From the NCBI RefSeq assembly GCF_003790525.1, contig NZ_CP033635.1: a stretch of DNA of 64,000 bases; one strand, given 5' to 3'. The notes under the pieces are model-generated. The model was not told the origin of the DNA and did no database searches. It saw only the letters and a list, made by a program, of their open reading frames with translations. This DNA is from Escherichia coli (GTDB lineage Bacteria; Pseudomonadota; Gammaproteobacteria; Enterobacterales; Enterobacteriaceae). Positions 50,128 to 60,168 of this stretch are shown piece by piece (the stretch's first letter is position 1; every line of letters begins with the position of its first letter). Position numbers and translations under genes: made by a program.

Positions 50128-50235
50128 TTACTTCCGGTTACGCCACCAGCTGACAATCGCTGCGGTAATAATTCCCGCCAGGATCGGTGCTGCCAGGTCG
50201 TGCCAGAAAGTCATGGCAAACTGCGTGAGCGTCAT
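50128..50235 (-). CDS. ldr: Type I toxin Ldr (35 aa), copy 1
   Basis: Minus-strand ORF MTLTQFAMTFWHDLAAPILAGIITAAIVSWWRNRK; below the 60-aa ORF-track cutoff. Confidence 0.8.
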   Translation of the reverse strand: MTLTQFAMTFWHDLAAPILAGIITAAIVSWWRNRK

Positions 50236-50285
50236 ATAGCCGCCTTGTTGTAATGACAACATTTTGCGGCTATTCTTGAATTGTT

Positions 50286-50350
50286 CTGGTTCAAGATTAG
50301 CCCCCGTTCTGTTGTCAGGTTGTACCTCTCAACGTGCGGGGGTTTTCTCT
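50286..50350 (+). ncRNA. rdl: Rdl antisense RNA (antitoxin), copy 1; boundaries approximate
   Basis: Antisense to the ldr leader; ends in a hairpin (cccccg...cggggg) followed by TTTTCTCTTT; placement from recalled Ldr/Rdl architecture. Confidence 0.4.
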
Positions 50351-50579
50351 TTCCAGCAACCAATGCCACCAGGGATAAAGCCCCCGCAACATTGCGCCTC
50401 ACCGGATAACTCCGGCTTGGTGTGGATACTACGTCTCAATTCATCTTCACTTCATCCCTGAAATGTTTGCAATGAAGAGTGCATTCCGGTTTTTCAACAG
50501 CTGTTACAGTCGTTTCATGAGTGCTCTGGATGATGCTTCCAGCTCGGGTTGCCAATATTTACTTGCAGAAGAGATAAAG

Positions 50580-50612
50580 ACAAAAAGGGCCGCAGGCTGT
50601 TACCCCTGCGGC
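50580..50612 (-). terminator. Rho-independent terminator of ldr copy 2
   Basis: Stem gggccgcagg/cctgcggcc followed on the minus strand by a T-run. Confidence 0.6.
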
Positions 50613-50662
50613 CGGTTTCGGGCGCATATTGCCATCACGGCAGCCTGACGCCCGTTTTCACC

Positions 50663-50770
50663 TTACTTCCGGTTACGCCACCAGCTGACAATCACTGCGG
50701 TAATAATCCCCGCCAGGATCGGTGCCGCCAGGTCGTGCCAGAAAATCATGGCAAACTGCGCGAGCGTCAT
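50663..50770 (-). CDS. ldr: Type I toxin Ldr (35 aa), copy 2
   Basis: Minus-strand ORF MTLAQFAMIFWHDLAAPILAGIITAVIVSWWRNRK. Confidence 0.8.
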   Translation of the reverse strand: MTLAQFAMIFWHDLAAPILAGIITAVIVSWWRNRK

Positions 50771-50821
50771 ATAGCCGCCTTGTTGTAATGACAACATTTT
50801 GCGGCTATTCTTGAATTGTTG

Positions 50822-50886
50822 ATGGTTCAAGATTAGCCCCCGTTCTGTTGTCAGGTTTTACCTCTCAACGTGCGGGGGTTTTCTCT
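50822..50886 (+). ncRNA. rdl: Rdl antisense RNA (antitoxin), copy 2; boundaries approximate
   Basis: Same hairpin plus U-tract as copy 1. Confidence 0.4.
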
Positions 50887-51175
50887 TTCCAGCAACCAAT
50901 GCCACCAGGGATAAAGCCCCCGCAACATTGCGCCTCACCGGATAACGCCGGCTTGGTGTGGATATTACGTCTCAATTCATCTTCACTTCATCCCTGAAAT
51001 GTTTGCAATAAAGAGTACATTCCGGCTTTTCAACAGCTGTTGCAGTGGTTTCGTGCAGGTTGTGGTACAGGCTCGCAATTCTGATTAACGACCTGTTCAG
51101 GTAGTATGAAGAAATACAATAAGCAGGAATTTATATTATCTCCCCCGATTTCTGTCATCAGAGGAGATATAACTG

Positions 51176-52276
51176 TCAGGCAAATATCGTCATCAAATAG
51201 GCGGCAAACAGTGCCAGATGCGCTGCGCCATTGAGCACGTTAGTTCGTCCGGTGGAGAAGGAGATATGGCACAGTACTAAAGAGGCCACCATCACCACCA
51301 TTTCTGGCGCACCAAGTGCAAACTGTAATTCGTTACCCGTCATAAAGGCAATTAACGTGACGACAGGTACGGTAAGCGAAATGGTTGCTAACACTGAACC
51401 AAAGAACAGATTCATCGCGCGCTGGACCTGGTTATTCAACACTGCTTTTAACGCACCTAAACCTTCCGGCGACAGAATCAACAGAGCCACCAGGAAGCCA
51501 GTAAAGGCGACAGGCGCATTCATGCTGTCGAGCAATGTCTCCAGCGAGCTGGCGTTCATTTTGGTCACCGCAATAACGGCAATCAGATGGATAATCAACC
51601 AGATAGCATGCCACAGGCTGCTATGGGCAGACGGTTTACCGTGATGCGGGTCGTCATCATCACTGTCATCTTCGTGCTCGTAGACAAACAAACTTTGATG
51701 CGTTTTGGTCTGGATCAGCAAAAATACGCCATACATTGCCGCAGAAATTAATGCTACCAGTAACGCCTGACCGGTTGAAAAATTCGCCGCAGGCAGAGCC
51801 ATTGGAAATACCAGTACGATTATCGCCAGGGGGAACAGCGCAATTAAATACTGCTTGATACCAAACAGATTCATATATTGGGTGGCAAACTTGCGTCCGC
51901 CCAACAATAATGAAAAGCCAACCAGCCCACCGGTAACAATCATAATGATTGAATAGAGCGTATCACGCATTAGCGTTGGCGCGGCGTCGCCGGTTGCCAT
52001 TAAAGCTGAAATCAAACTGACTTCAAGAATAACCACTGAAAGGCTAAGAATAAGCGAACCGTAAGGTTCTCCCAGGCGATGGGCTAATACGTCCGCATGA
52101 CGGACAACACTAAAGGCGCTACTTAAAATACCAATAAGAGCAAGAAGATTGATGCCAATGACCACTGGTAGTGTCTGGCTGCTTCCCCACAGGAACAGCA
52201 CTACCAGCGCCAGAACCGGGAAAATAAGCGAAGTCTCCTTGTGGCGGGTTTTTACCGCCTCTTGAGCATTTGACAT
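51176..52276 (-). CDS. chaA: Ca2+/H+ (Na+/H+) antiporter ChaA
   Basis: 366-aa CaCA-family membrane protein from MSNAQEAVKTRHKE; acidic loop DDSDDDD. Confidence 0.9.
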   Translation of the reverse strand: MSNAQEAVKTRHKETSLIFPVLALVVLFLWGSSQTLPVVIGINLLALIGILSSAFSVVRHADVLAHRLGEPYGSLILSLSVVILEVSLISALMATGDAAPTLMRDTLYSIIMIVTGGLVGFSLLLGGRKFATQYMNLFGIKQYLIALFPLAIIVLVFPMALPAANFSTGQALLVALISAAMYGVFLLIQTKTHQSLFVYEHEDDSDDDDPHHGKPSAHSSLWHAIWLIIHLIAVIAVTKMNASSLETLLDSMNAPVAFTGFLVALLILSPEGLGALKAVLNNQVQRAMNLFFGSVLATISLTVPVVTLIAFMTGNELQFALGAPEMVVMVASLVLCHISFSTGRTNVLNGAAHLALFAAYLMTIFA

Positions 52277-52545
52277 TATGGTTATCCCTTTGCAGATGAA
52301 TTTATCGAAAATGTAAAAAATAGGTAGGAAAAATAACAGAAAGTGTCTGGATATCGGTAACATTTTACGAATTTTTACCCCGCTGTCGATTTTTTACTCA
52401 TCGGGCCATAAAAATAAGCAATGCGTTTAGACAATGTTTGTTTTAGCACTCCTTAAGAAGAGTCTGACATGAAAATTCTTATGTTTTGGCAAGAGTAGAT
52501 ATTGTTGACCACACTTAATGTTCAACTTTGTAAAAGGAGTCAACG

Positions 52546-52776
52546 ATGCCGTATAAAACGAAAAGCGATCTGCCGGAAAGCGTAAAGCACGTTCTACCGT
52601 CTCATGCCCAGGATATCTATAAAGAAGCGTTCAACAGCGCATGGGATCAATATAAAGATAAAGAAGATCGGCGTGATGACGCCAGTCGCGAAGAAACCGC
52701 GCATAAAGTGGCCTGGGCTGCTGTGAAGCATGAATATGCCAAAGGGGATGATGATAAATGGCATAAAAAATCGTAA
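52546..52776 (+). CDS. chaB: Putative cation transport regulator ChaB
   Basis: 76-aa ORF MPYKTKSDLPESVKHVLPSHAQDIYKEAFN... Confidence 0.85.
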   Translation: MPYKTKSDLPESVKHVLPSHAQDIYKEAFNSAWDQYKDKEDRRDDASREETAHKVAWAAVKHEYAKGDDDKWHKKS

Positions 52777-52933
52777 AACCGGTAGCTTAGTTAAAGCTAT
52801 TCGTGCGGTGTTGCCTTGCAAGTGGTCCGTGGATTGCATATTGTCCCGTTAGTGGTTTCAAAATGAGCAGTAAAAATGTCCGGAAGACACCAAAAAGTTG
52901 TCGCAGGGAAGTATGCAGTGGCGGAGGTGTAAG

Positions 52934-53629
52934 GTGATAACGCGTGATTTCTTGATGAATGCCGATTGTAAAACGGCATTTGGTGCCATTGAAGAATCAC
53001 TCTTATGGTCAGCAGAGCAACGGGCGGCTTCGCTGGCGGCGACGCTGGCTTGTCGACCTGATGAGGGACCGGTGTGGATCTTCGGTTATGGATCGTTGAT
53101 GTGGAATCCGGCACTGGAGTTTACCGAGTCGTGCACCGGTACACTGGTTGGATGGCATCGCGCGTTTTGCCTGCGCCTGACCGCCGGGCGCGGGACTGCG
53201 CACCAGCCGGGACGGATGCTTGCACTGAAAGAGGGCGGACGCACCACAGGCGTCGCCTATCGACTGCCAGAAGAGACGCTGGAGCAGGAACTAACCCTGT
53301 TGTGGAAGCGCGAGATGATTACCGGCTGTTATCTGCCAACCTGGTGTCAGCTTGATCTTGATGATGGACGCACAGTAAACGCCATTGTGTTTATTATGGA
53401 CCCGCGACATCCAGAATATGAATCTGACACTCGCGCTCAGGTCATCGCGCCGTTGATTGCGGCGGCGAGCGGTCCGCTGGGAACCAACGCACAATACCTG
53501 TTTTCACTGGAACAGGAGCTTATCAAACTGGGAATGCAGGACGATGGGCTGAATGATTTGCTGGTATCGGTAAAAAAACTGCTGGCGGAGAATTATCCGG
53601 ATGCTGTGTTACGGCCGGGATTCGCCTGA
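52934..53629 (+). CDS. chaC: Glutathione-specific gamma-glutamylcyclotransferase ChaC
   Basis: 231-aa ORF from GTG start with GGAGG RBS; YGSL motif (IFGYGSLMWNP). Confidence 0.85.
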   Translation: MITRDFLMNADCKTAFGAIEESLLWSAEQRAASLAATLACRPDEGPVWIFGYGSLMWNPALEFTESCTGTLVGWHRAFCLRLTAGRGTAHQPGRMLALKEGGRTTGVAYRLPEETLEQELTLLWKREMITGCYLPTWCQLDLDDGRTVNAIVFIMDPRHPEYESDTRAQVIAPLIAAASGPLGTNAQYLFSLEQELIKLGMQDDGLNDLLVSVKKLLAENYPDAVLRPGFA

Positions 53630-53672
53630 GTAAACTTCCCTCATAGTGGGGCGTCAGACGCCCCCTCAAACA

Positions 53673-54026
53673 TTAAAATGTGAGCACTTTATCGGCTGAC
53701 AGCGTCCATTGCGCCAGTTCAACAAGAGTACCGATTTCCACCCCATCAATCAGAGGAAGTGTGCTAATCCCGCGTCCGTCAGTACAGGTTTTGCACAATT
53801 TCACCGGTACATTCTGAGCGGTAAGGATCTCCAGCATTTGCTGAATGTTGTAGCCTTCCCCTGGTTTTTGCCCGCGCAACCCGGCTGTGACCGCATCAGA
53901 CATCAGGAACAGACGCAGATCCAGATTGCTCTCCTGCTCTCGTAACGCAATGGCCAGCCGCAAGCTGTTAAACAAGGATTCGCTCCCGTAAGGTGCTCCA
54001 TTGGCAACGATCACGATTTTTTGCAT
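53673..54026 (-). CDS. ychN: DsrE/DsrF-like family protein YchN
   Basis: 117-aa ORF MQKIVIVANGAPYGSES... Confidence 0.85.
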   Translation of the reverse strand: MQKIVIVANGAPYGSESLFNSLRLAIALREQESNLDLRLFLMSDAVTAGLRGQKPGEGYNIQQMLEILTAQNVPVKLCKTCTDGRGISTLPLIDGVEIGTLVELAQWTLSADKVLTF

Positions 54027-54074
54027 TATTTACTCCTGTATTCAGGGAATTAGACACTCATCTTCTATCTTACC

Positions 54075-54201
<127 letters not shown>

Positions 54202-54210
54202 ACCGACGTT

Positions 54211-55605
54211 TTGAGCCGTTTCGTTCCTCGCATTATTCCGTTTTATTTACTCTTGCTGGCGGCAGGCGGTACAGCTAACGCACAATCTACCTTCGAGCAA
54301 AAAGCGGCAAATCCCTTTGATAATAACAATGATGGTCTGCCGGATTTAGGCATGGCACCTGAAAATCATGATGGGGAAAAACACTTTGCGGAAATTGTGA
54401 AAGATTTCGGCGAAACCAGTATGAATGATAACGGGCTGGATACTGGCGAGCAGGCAAAAGCTTTCGCATTAGGAAAAGTCCGCGACGCGCTTAGTCAACA
54501 GGTTAATCAGCACGTAGAGTCCTGGCTATCACCGTGGGGAAATGCCAGTGTTGACGTCAAAGTGGATAACGAAGGACATTTCACCGGCAGTCGCGGAAGC
54601 TGGTTTGTGCCGTTACAAGATAATGATCGTTATCTCACCTGGAGCCAGCTTGGTCTTACTCAGCAGGATGATGGCTTGGTGAGCAATGTGGGCGTAGGGC
54701 AACGCTGGGCGCGCGGCAACTGGCTGGTGGGTTATAACACTTTTTATGACAACTTGCTGGACGAAAATCTTCAGCGAGCGGGCTTTGGTGCCGAAGCGTG
54801 GGGCGAATATTTGCGACTATCGGCAAACTTTTATCAGCCGTTTGCTGCATGGCATGAACAGACAGCCACGCAGGAACAGCGGATGGCGCGCGGGTACGAC
54901 CTGACAGCCCGGATGCGCATGCCGTTCTATCAACACCTCAATACCAGTGTCAGCGTAGAACAGTATTTTGGTGATCGTGTCGATTTGTTTAACTCTGGTA
55001 CGGGTTATCACAATCCCGTCGCGTTGAGTCTGGGATTAAATTACACCCCTGTGCCCTTAGTCACTGTGACGGCCCGGCATAAACAGGGTGAAAGTGGCGA
55101 GAATCAAAATAACCTCGGGCTGAATCTTAACTACCGCTTTGGTGTACCGCTCAAAAAACAACTTTCTGCGGGCGAAGTTGCCGAAAGTCAGTCGTTACGT
55201 GGTAGTCGCTATGACAATCCGCAGCGAAATAATCTTCCGACTCTTGAGTACCGACAGCGAAAAACCTTAACGGTGTTTCTGGCGACACCGCCGTGGGATC
55301 TAAAACCTGGCGAAACAGTGCCGCTGAAATTACAAATCCGCAGTCGTTACGGTATTCGGCAACTGATTTGGCAGGGCGATACGCAGATATTAAGTTTGAC
55401 GCCGGGCGCACAAGCCAACAGTGAGGAGGGCTGGACGCTGATCATGCCTGACTGGCAAAACGGGGAAGGCGCAAGCAATCACTGGCGATTGTCAGTAGTG
55501 GTGGAAGATAACCAGGGGCAGCGTGTCTCCTCCAATGAGATCACGCTAACGCTTGTCGAACCGTTCGACGCATTGTCAAACGACGAACTGCGCTGGGAAC
55601 CGTAA
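54211..55605 (+). CDS. ychO: Invasin/intimin-like outer membrane protein YchO
   Basis: 464-aa ORF with signal peptide and inverse-autotransporter-like beta domain; synteny next to narL. Confidence 0.75.
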   Translation: MSRFVPRIIPFYLLLLAAGGTANAQSTFEQKAANPFDNNNDGLPDLGMAPENHDGEKHFAEIVKDFGETSMNDNGLDTGEQAKAFALGKVRDALSQQVNQHVESWLSPWGNASVDVKVDNEGHFTGSRGSWFVPLQDNDRYLTWSQLGLTQQDDGLVSNVGVGQRWARGNWLVGYNTFYDNLLDENLQRAGFGAEAWGEYLRLSANFYQPFAAWHEQTATQEQRMARGYDLTARMRMPFYQHLNTSVSVEQYFGDRVDLFNSGTGYHNPVALSLGLNYTPVPLVTVTARHKQGESGENQNNLGLNLNYRFGVPLKKQLSAGEVAESQSLRGSRYDNPQRNNLPTLEYRQRKTLTVFLATPPWDLKPGETVPLKLQIRSRYGIRQLIWQGDTQILSLTPGAQANSEEGWTLIMPDWQNGEGASNHWRLSVVVEDNQGQRVSSNEITLTLVEPFDALSNDELRWEP

Positions 55606-56256
55606 TCAGAAAATGCGCTCCTGATGCACCCATACCGCAGCTTCCACGCGAGACTTGAGCTTCATTTTCTTCAGCATGTGCTTGACGTGCACTTTTACTG
55701 TGCTTTCGGTGATATCCAGGCGGCGGGCAATCATCTTGTTCGGCAAACCCTGGGCAATCAGCTTGAGAATATCGCGCTCGCGTGGGGTTAACTGGTTAAC
55801 ATCGCGTTCAGTAGTGGCACGGTTAGCGCGCAAGCTGGCGGCCAGAACAGGCGTTAATGCTTCGCTTAATACCATTTCGCCAGCAGCTGCCTGATGCAAT
55901 GCTTTCAGCAGATCTTCCGGTTCCATATCTTTTAACAGATAGCCATCCGCGCCGCGTTTCAGTGCGGTGACCACATCTTCTTCATGGTTAGAGACGCTGA
56001 ATACCACAATGCGACCGGAGAGGGACTTTTCGCGCAGTTTATCCAGCGTTTCCAGACCGTTCATGCCGGGCATATTGAGATCTAACAGGATCAGATCGGG
56101 ATCAAGAGATTCCGCCAGTTCAATACCCTGTTCGCCATTACTCGCTTCGCCAACCACGGTGATATCTGGTGCCATACTGATAAGCTGTTTTACGCCAGTT
56201 CGCAGCATCGGGTGATCGTCGATCAGCAGGATAGTAGCCGGTTCCTGATTACTCAT
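55606..56256 (-). CDS. narL: Nitrate/nitrite response regulator NarL
   Basis: 216-aa ORF from [19 protein letters not shown]; receiver plus LuxR-type HTH. Confidence 0.95.
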
Positions 56257-58045
56257 GGGTATCTCCTTGGACGTCTGTGAAAGTTTTTTCGGGAATAAAG
56301 GTGACAACCACTTCGGTGCCACCTGATTCACGACGGCGGACGCGGCAATCGCCTCGTAAACTTTGCGCACGGTCGCGCATTATTATCATGCCGTAGTGAT
56401 TGCTGCGGATGGCATTTTCAGGCACGCCGCAGCCGTTATCCTGGACGGTCAGTTTGACCTGATTATCGTTTTGCGCCACCGTCACCACGACCTCACTCGC
56501 TTGCGAATGTTTGAGGGCGTTACTTAATGCCTCACGGGCAATTTGCAACAAGTGGATTGCCTGATGCGAAGGCACCAGACGAGGCGGCAATTGATAATCC
56601 AGCTTCACCGGGAAGCCAAATTTGGCGCTGTACTCTTCGCAACTCGCCTCCAGCGCCGGACGTAATCCAGGCTCGGTGAGCTGCAAACGGAATGTGGTGA
56701 GCAATTCACGCAACTGCGCCCAGGATGCATTCAGTTCGTTACGGATCTGACTTAACAGTTCGCGGCTGCTTTCTGGCAGCGCATCGCCCTGCATCTGTAA
56801 ACAACTCACCTGCATCTTCATGCAAGAGAGAGATTGGGCAATAGAATCATGCAGTTCGCGCGCAATGGTGGCACGCTCTTCCATCACGATCAACTGTTGC
56901 TGACGTTCCTGATGGCGATCCAGCGCCAGCGTGGCGGTGAGTTGTTCAACCAGGGTATCCACCAGTTGTTGTTGATCATGGCTAAGATGACGCCCCTGCG
57001 GCAGGGTCGCCAGCAAAATACCGTACTGCGTATGAGAGTCAGCCAGCCGCCACTTCAGGGTTGTGCCGCGATCGCCAACGGGTAATATGCCGCGCGGGCA
57101 GAGCTGGCAGCCTTTATCATCACAAGTCATATCTGGCTGGCAGGTAAACTCCTGATGATTCTCTTCATCATCAGTGTCATACACCCGCAGTTCGATATCA
57201 CGTAGCAGGGTTAAATTCTGTAAGCCGTTGAGTACCGGTGACAGGCGTTCACACAGCGGGGCGCGGGAATGCAAACGGCGGTTAGCCTGCCATAAAAAAG
57301 AGAGGATCTGATTTTTATGCTCCAGCCCGGCAGTTTTCTCCTGAACCCGCTGCTCAAGTACGGCATAACTTTCGGCCAGTTCTGCAGACATATTGTTCAA
57401 TGCAGTTCCAAGCATCGCCATTTCGTTGCGCCCGCTGATGTTTGCGCGTTGGGTAAAATCGCGATGGCTGACGGCACTCGCCATTGCCAGCAGTTGCCGC
57501 CACGGTTGTAGCAGTCGCGCCCGCAACCAGATAATAGTGAACACCAGTAAAAGTGCCATAAATACCGCCATTACCCGATGGACCAGTACCACTGTCTCAA
57601 TGCGCATTTCCGTGGTGCGGTCAAAACCAGATACCAGCTGATCAAGCCCGGCAACAAACTGGCTGACATCCGCTGACACCGTTTCGCGGTTTTGTGCACG
57701 CATCAGCGCAGGGATCAGTTCATTACGCCAGTAATCTTGTAAACCCTGTAATTGCGCCAGTTGTCCGTCTCGTTCCGCTGCTCGAGTCAACTCGGCGCTA
57801 AATGCCGTTTGTTCCATTTCTTTAATTAAGGGCTTGTCTTTCTCGCTTAATGGCACTGCCGCCAACAGACGGTAACTTTGCATGCGCAGCGATCCCGCTT
57901 TGTTGATCGCATGGGCGCTGCCCTGAACGCCTTGCACCAGCCAGCCAGAAACTGCCATCCCTGCCAGTCCAATAGCAGTAGAAAGCAACACAATAAGCGC
58001 AACCTGATTAACCAGGGTGAGCGGAGAGAGACAACGTTTAAGCAT
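56249..58045 (-). CDS. narX: Nitrate/nitrite sensor histidine kinase NarX
   Basis: 598-aa ORF with two TM segments, HAMP, HisKA_3 and ATPase region; stop overlaps narL start. Confidence 0.95.
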
Positions 58046-58310
58046 GTAAACCTCTTCCTTCGGGCTTTAAATGAGCAATAACCTTAATGAATGTGACGAT
58101 ACATTCTGGAATGGCAGTATTCTCGGCTATTGGCTGAAGTATACCCATACCCGGAAAGAGTTACTCCTTATTTGCCGCGTGGTTAGTCGCTTTACATCGG
58201 TAAGGGTAGGGATTTTACAGCACCGTGAAAAATCTCATAATTTTTATGAAATCACTGTACTCACTATGGGTAATGATAAATATCAATGATAGATAAAGTT
58301 ATCTTATCGT

Positions 58311-58324
58311 TTGATTTACATCAA
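58311..58324. promoter_or_regulatory. FNR box in the narK promoter
   Basis: TTGATttacATCAA, perfect TTGAT-N4-ATCAA, about 60 bp upstream of narK. Confidence 0.7.
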
Positions 58325-58383
58325 ATTGCCTTTAGCTACAGACACTAAGGTGGCAGACATCGAAACGAGTATCAGAGGTGTCT

Positions 58384-59775
58384 ATGAGTCACTCATCCGC
58401 CCCCGAAAGGGCTACTGGAGCTGTCATTACAGATTGGCGACCGGAAGATCCTGCGTTCTGGCAACAACGCGGTCAACGTATTGCCAGCCGCAACCTGTGG
58501 ATTTCCGTTCCCTGTCTGCTGCTGGCGTTTTGCGTATGGATGTTGTTCAGCGCTGTTGCGGTGAACTTACCGAAAGTCGGTTTTAATTTTACGACCGATC
58601 AGCTATTTATGTTGACTGCGCTGCCTTCGGTTTCTGGCGCGTTATTACGTGTTCCATACTCCTTTATGGTTCCTATCTTCGGTGGTCGTCGCTGGACGGC
58701 GTTCAGCACCGGTATTCTGATTATTCCTTGCGTCTGGCTGGGTTTTGCCGTGCAGGATACCTCCACGCCTTATAGCGTCTTCATCATCATCTCTCTGCTG
58801 TGCGGCTTTGCTGGCGCGAACTTCGCATCCAGTATGGCAAACATCAGCTTCTTCTTTCCGAAACAGAAGCAGGGTGGCGCGCTGGGTCTGAATGGTGGTC
58901 TGGGCAACATGGGCGTCAGCGTCATGCAGTTGGTTGCTCCGCTGGTGGTATCACTGTCGATTTTCGCAGTATTTGGTAGCCAGGGTGTCAAACAGCCGGA
59001 TGGGACTGAGCTGTATCTGGCGAATGCGTCCTGGGTATGGGTGCCGTTCCTTGCCATCTTCACCATTGCGGCGTGGTTTGGCATGAACGATCTTGCTACC
59101 TCGAAAGCCTCCATCAAGGAGCAGTTGCCGGTACTCAAACGGGGTCATCTGTGGATTATGAGCCTGCTGTATCTGGCAACCTTCGGCTCCTTCATCGGCT
59201 TCTCCGCGGGCTTTGCGATGCTGTCAAAAACGCAGTTCCCGGATGTTCAGATTCTGCAATACGCTTTCTTCGGGCCGTTTATTGGTGCGCTGGCGCGTTC
59301 TGCAGGTGGCGCATTATCTGACCGTCTGGGCGGAACTCGTGTCACGCTGGTGAACTTTATCCTGATGGCGATTTTCAGCGGCCTGCTGTTCCTGACCTTA
59401 CCGACTGACGGACAGGGCGGAAGCTTCATGGCGTTCTTCGCAGTCTTCCTGGCGCTGTTCCTGACAGCTGGGCTGGGTAGTGGTTCCACTTTCCAGATGA
59501 TTTCCGTGATCTTCCGTAAACTGACAATGGATCGCGTGAAAGCAGAAGGGGGTTCTGACGAACGTGCGATGCGTGAAGCGGCAACCGACACGGCGGCGGC
59601 GCTGGGTTTCATCTCTGCGATTGGCGCGATTGGTGGCTTCTTTATCCCGAAAGCGTTTGGTAGCTCGCTGGCATTAACGGGTTCGCCAGTCGGCGCAATG
59701 AAAGTATTTTTGATTTTCTATATCGCCTGCGTGGTGATTACCTGGGCGGTATATGGTCGGCATTCTAAAAAATAA
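58384..59775 (+). CDS. narK: Nitrate/nitrite antiporter NarK (MFS)
   Basis: 463-aa 12-TM protein from MSHSSAPERATGAV. Confidence 0.95.
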   Translation: MSHSSAPERATGAVITDWRPEDPAFWQQRGQRIASRNLWISVPCLLLAFCVWMLFSAVAVNLPKVGFNFTTDQLFMLTALPSVSGALLRVPYSFMVPIFGGRRWTAFSTGILIIPCVWLGFAVQDTSTPYSVFIIISLLCGFAGANFASSMANISFFFPKQKQGGALGLNGGLGNMGVSVMQLVAPLVVSLSIFAVFGSQGVKQPDGTELYLANASWVWVPFLAIFTIAAWFGMNDLATSKASIKEQLPVLKRGHLWIMSLLYLATFGSFIGFSAGFAMLSKTQFPDVQILQYAFFGPFIGALARSAGGALSDRLGGTRVTLVNFILMAIFSGLLFLTLPTDGQGGSFMAFFAVFLALFLTAGLGSGSTFQMISVIFRKLTMDRVKAEGGSDERAMREAATDTAAALGFISAIGAIGGFFIPKAFGSSLALTGSPVGAMKVFLIFYIACVVITWAVYGRHSKK

Positions 59776-60063
59776 ATCTTAATATTTGATTATCCTTTGC
59801 GCGGCATGATGTCGCGCTTTTTTTATGCGTCATTTAGTTACAACATACTCATATTATATTGGCTTATTTCGCCGGATTTCATTAAGAGCCATTAATATGT
59901 TACCCATGGGGAATACTCCTTAATACCCATCTGCATAAAAATCTTAATAGTTTAAATAACTACAGGTATAAAACGTCTTAATTTACAGCGTGTTATGCTG
60001 TAACTGCTAATTATCCTAAAGGGGTATCTTAGGAATTTACTTTATTTTTCATCCCCATCACTC

Positions 60064-60077
60064 TTGATCGTTATCAA
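60064..60077. promoter_or_regulatory. FNR box in the narG promoter
   Basis: TTGATcgttATCAA, perfect TTGAT-N4-ATCAA, about 90 bp upstream of narG; NarL-heptamer-like TACCCAT further upstream near 59925. Confidence 0.75.
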
Positions 60078-60168
60078 TTCTCACGCTGTTTCAGAGCGTT
60101 ACTTTGCCCTTAAACATTAGCAATGTCGATTTATCAGAGGGCCGACAGGCTCCCACAGGAGAAAACCG

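Larger units (their letters stand above)
50040..51100. repeat. Two tandem, near-identical direct repeat units of about 535 bp (LDR-type), each carrying an ldr toxin ORF and an antisense rdl RNA
   Basis: Segment 50040-50570 recurs at 50573-51100 with few substitutions (offset about 535 bp). Confidence 0.85.

Noticed and set aside
50040-51100. Tandem repeats considered as a possible CRISPR array
   Set aside because: Only two units of about 535 bp, each with a coding ldr ORF and terminators; no short repeat-spacer periodicity; no cas genes in the window
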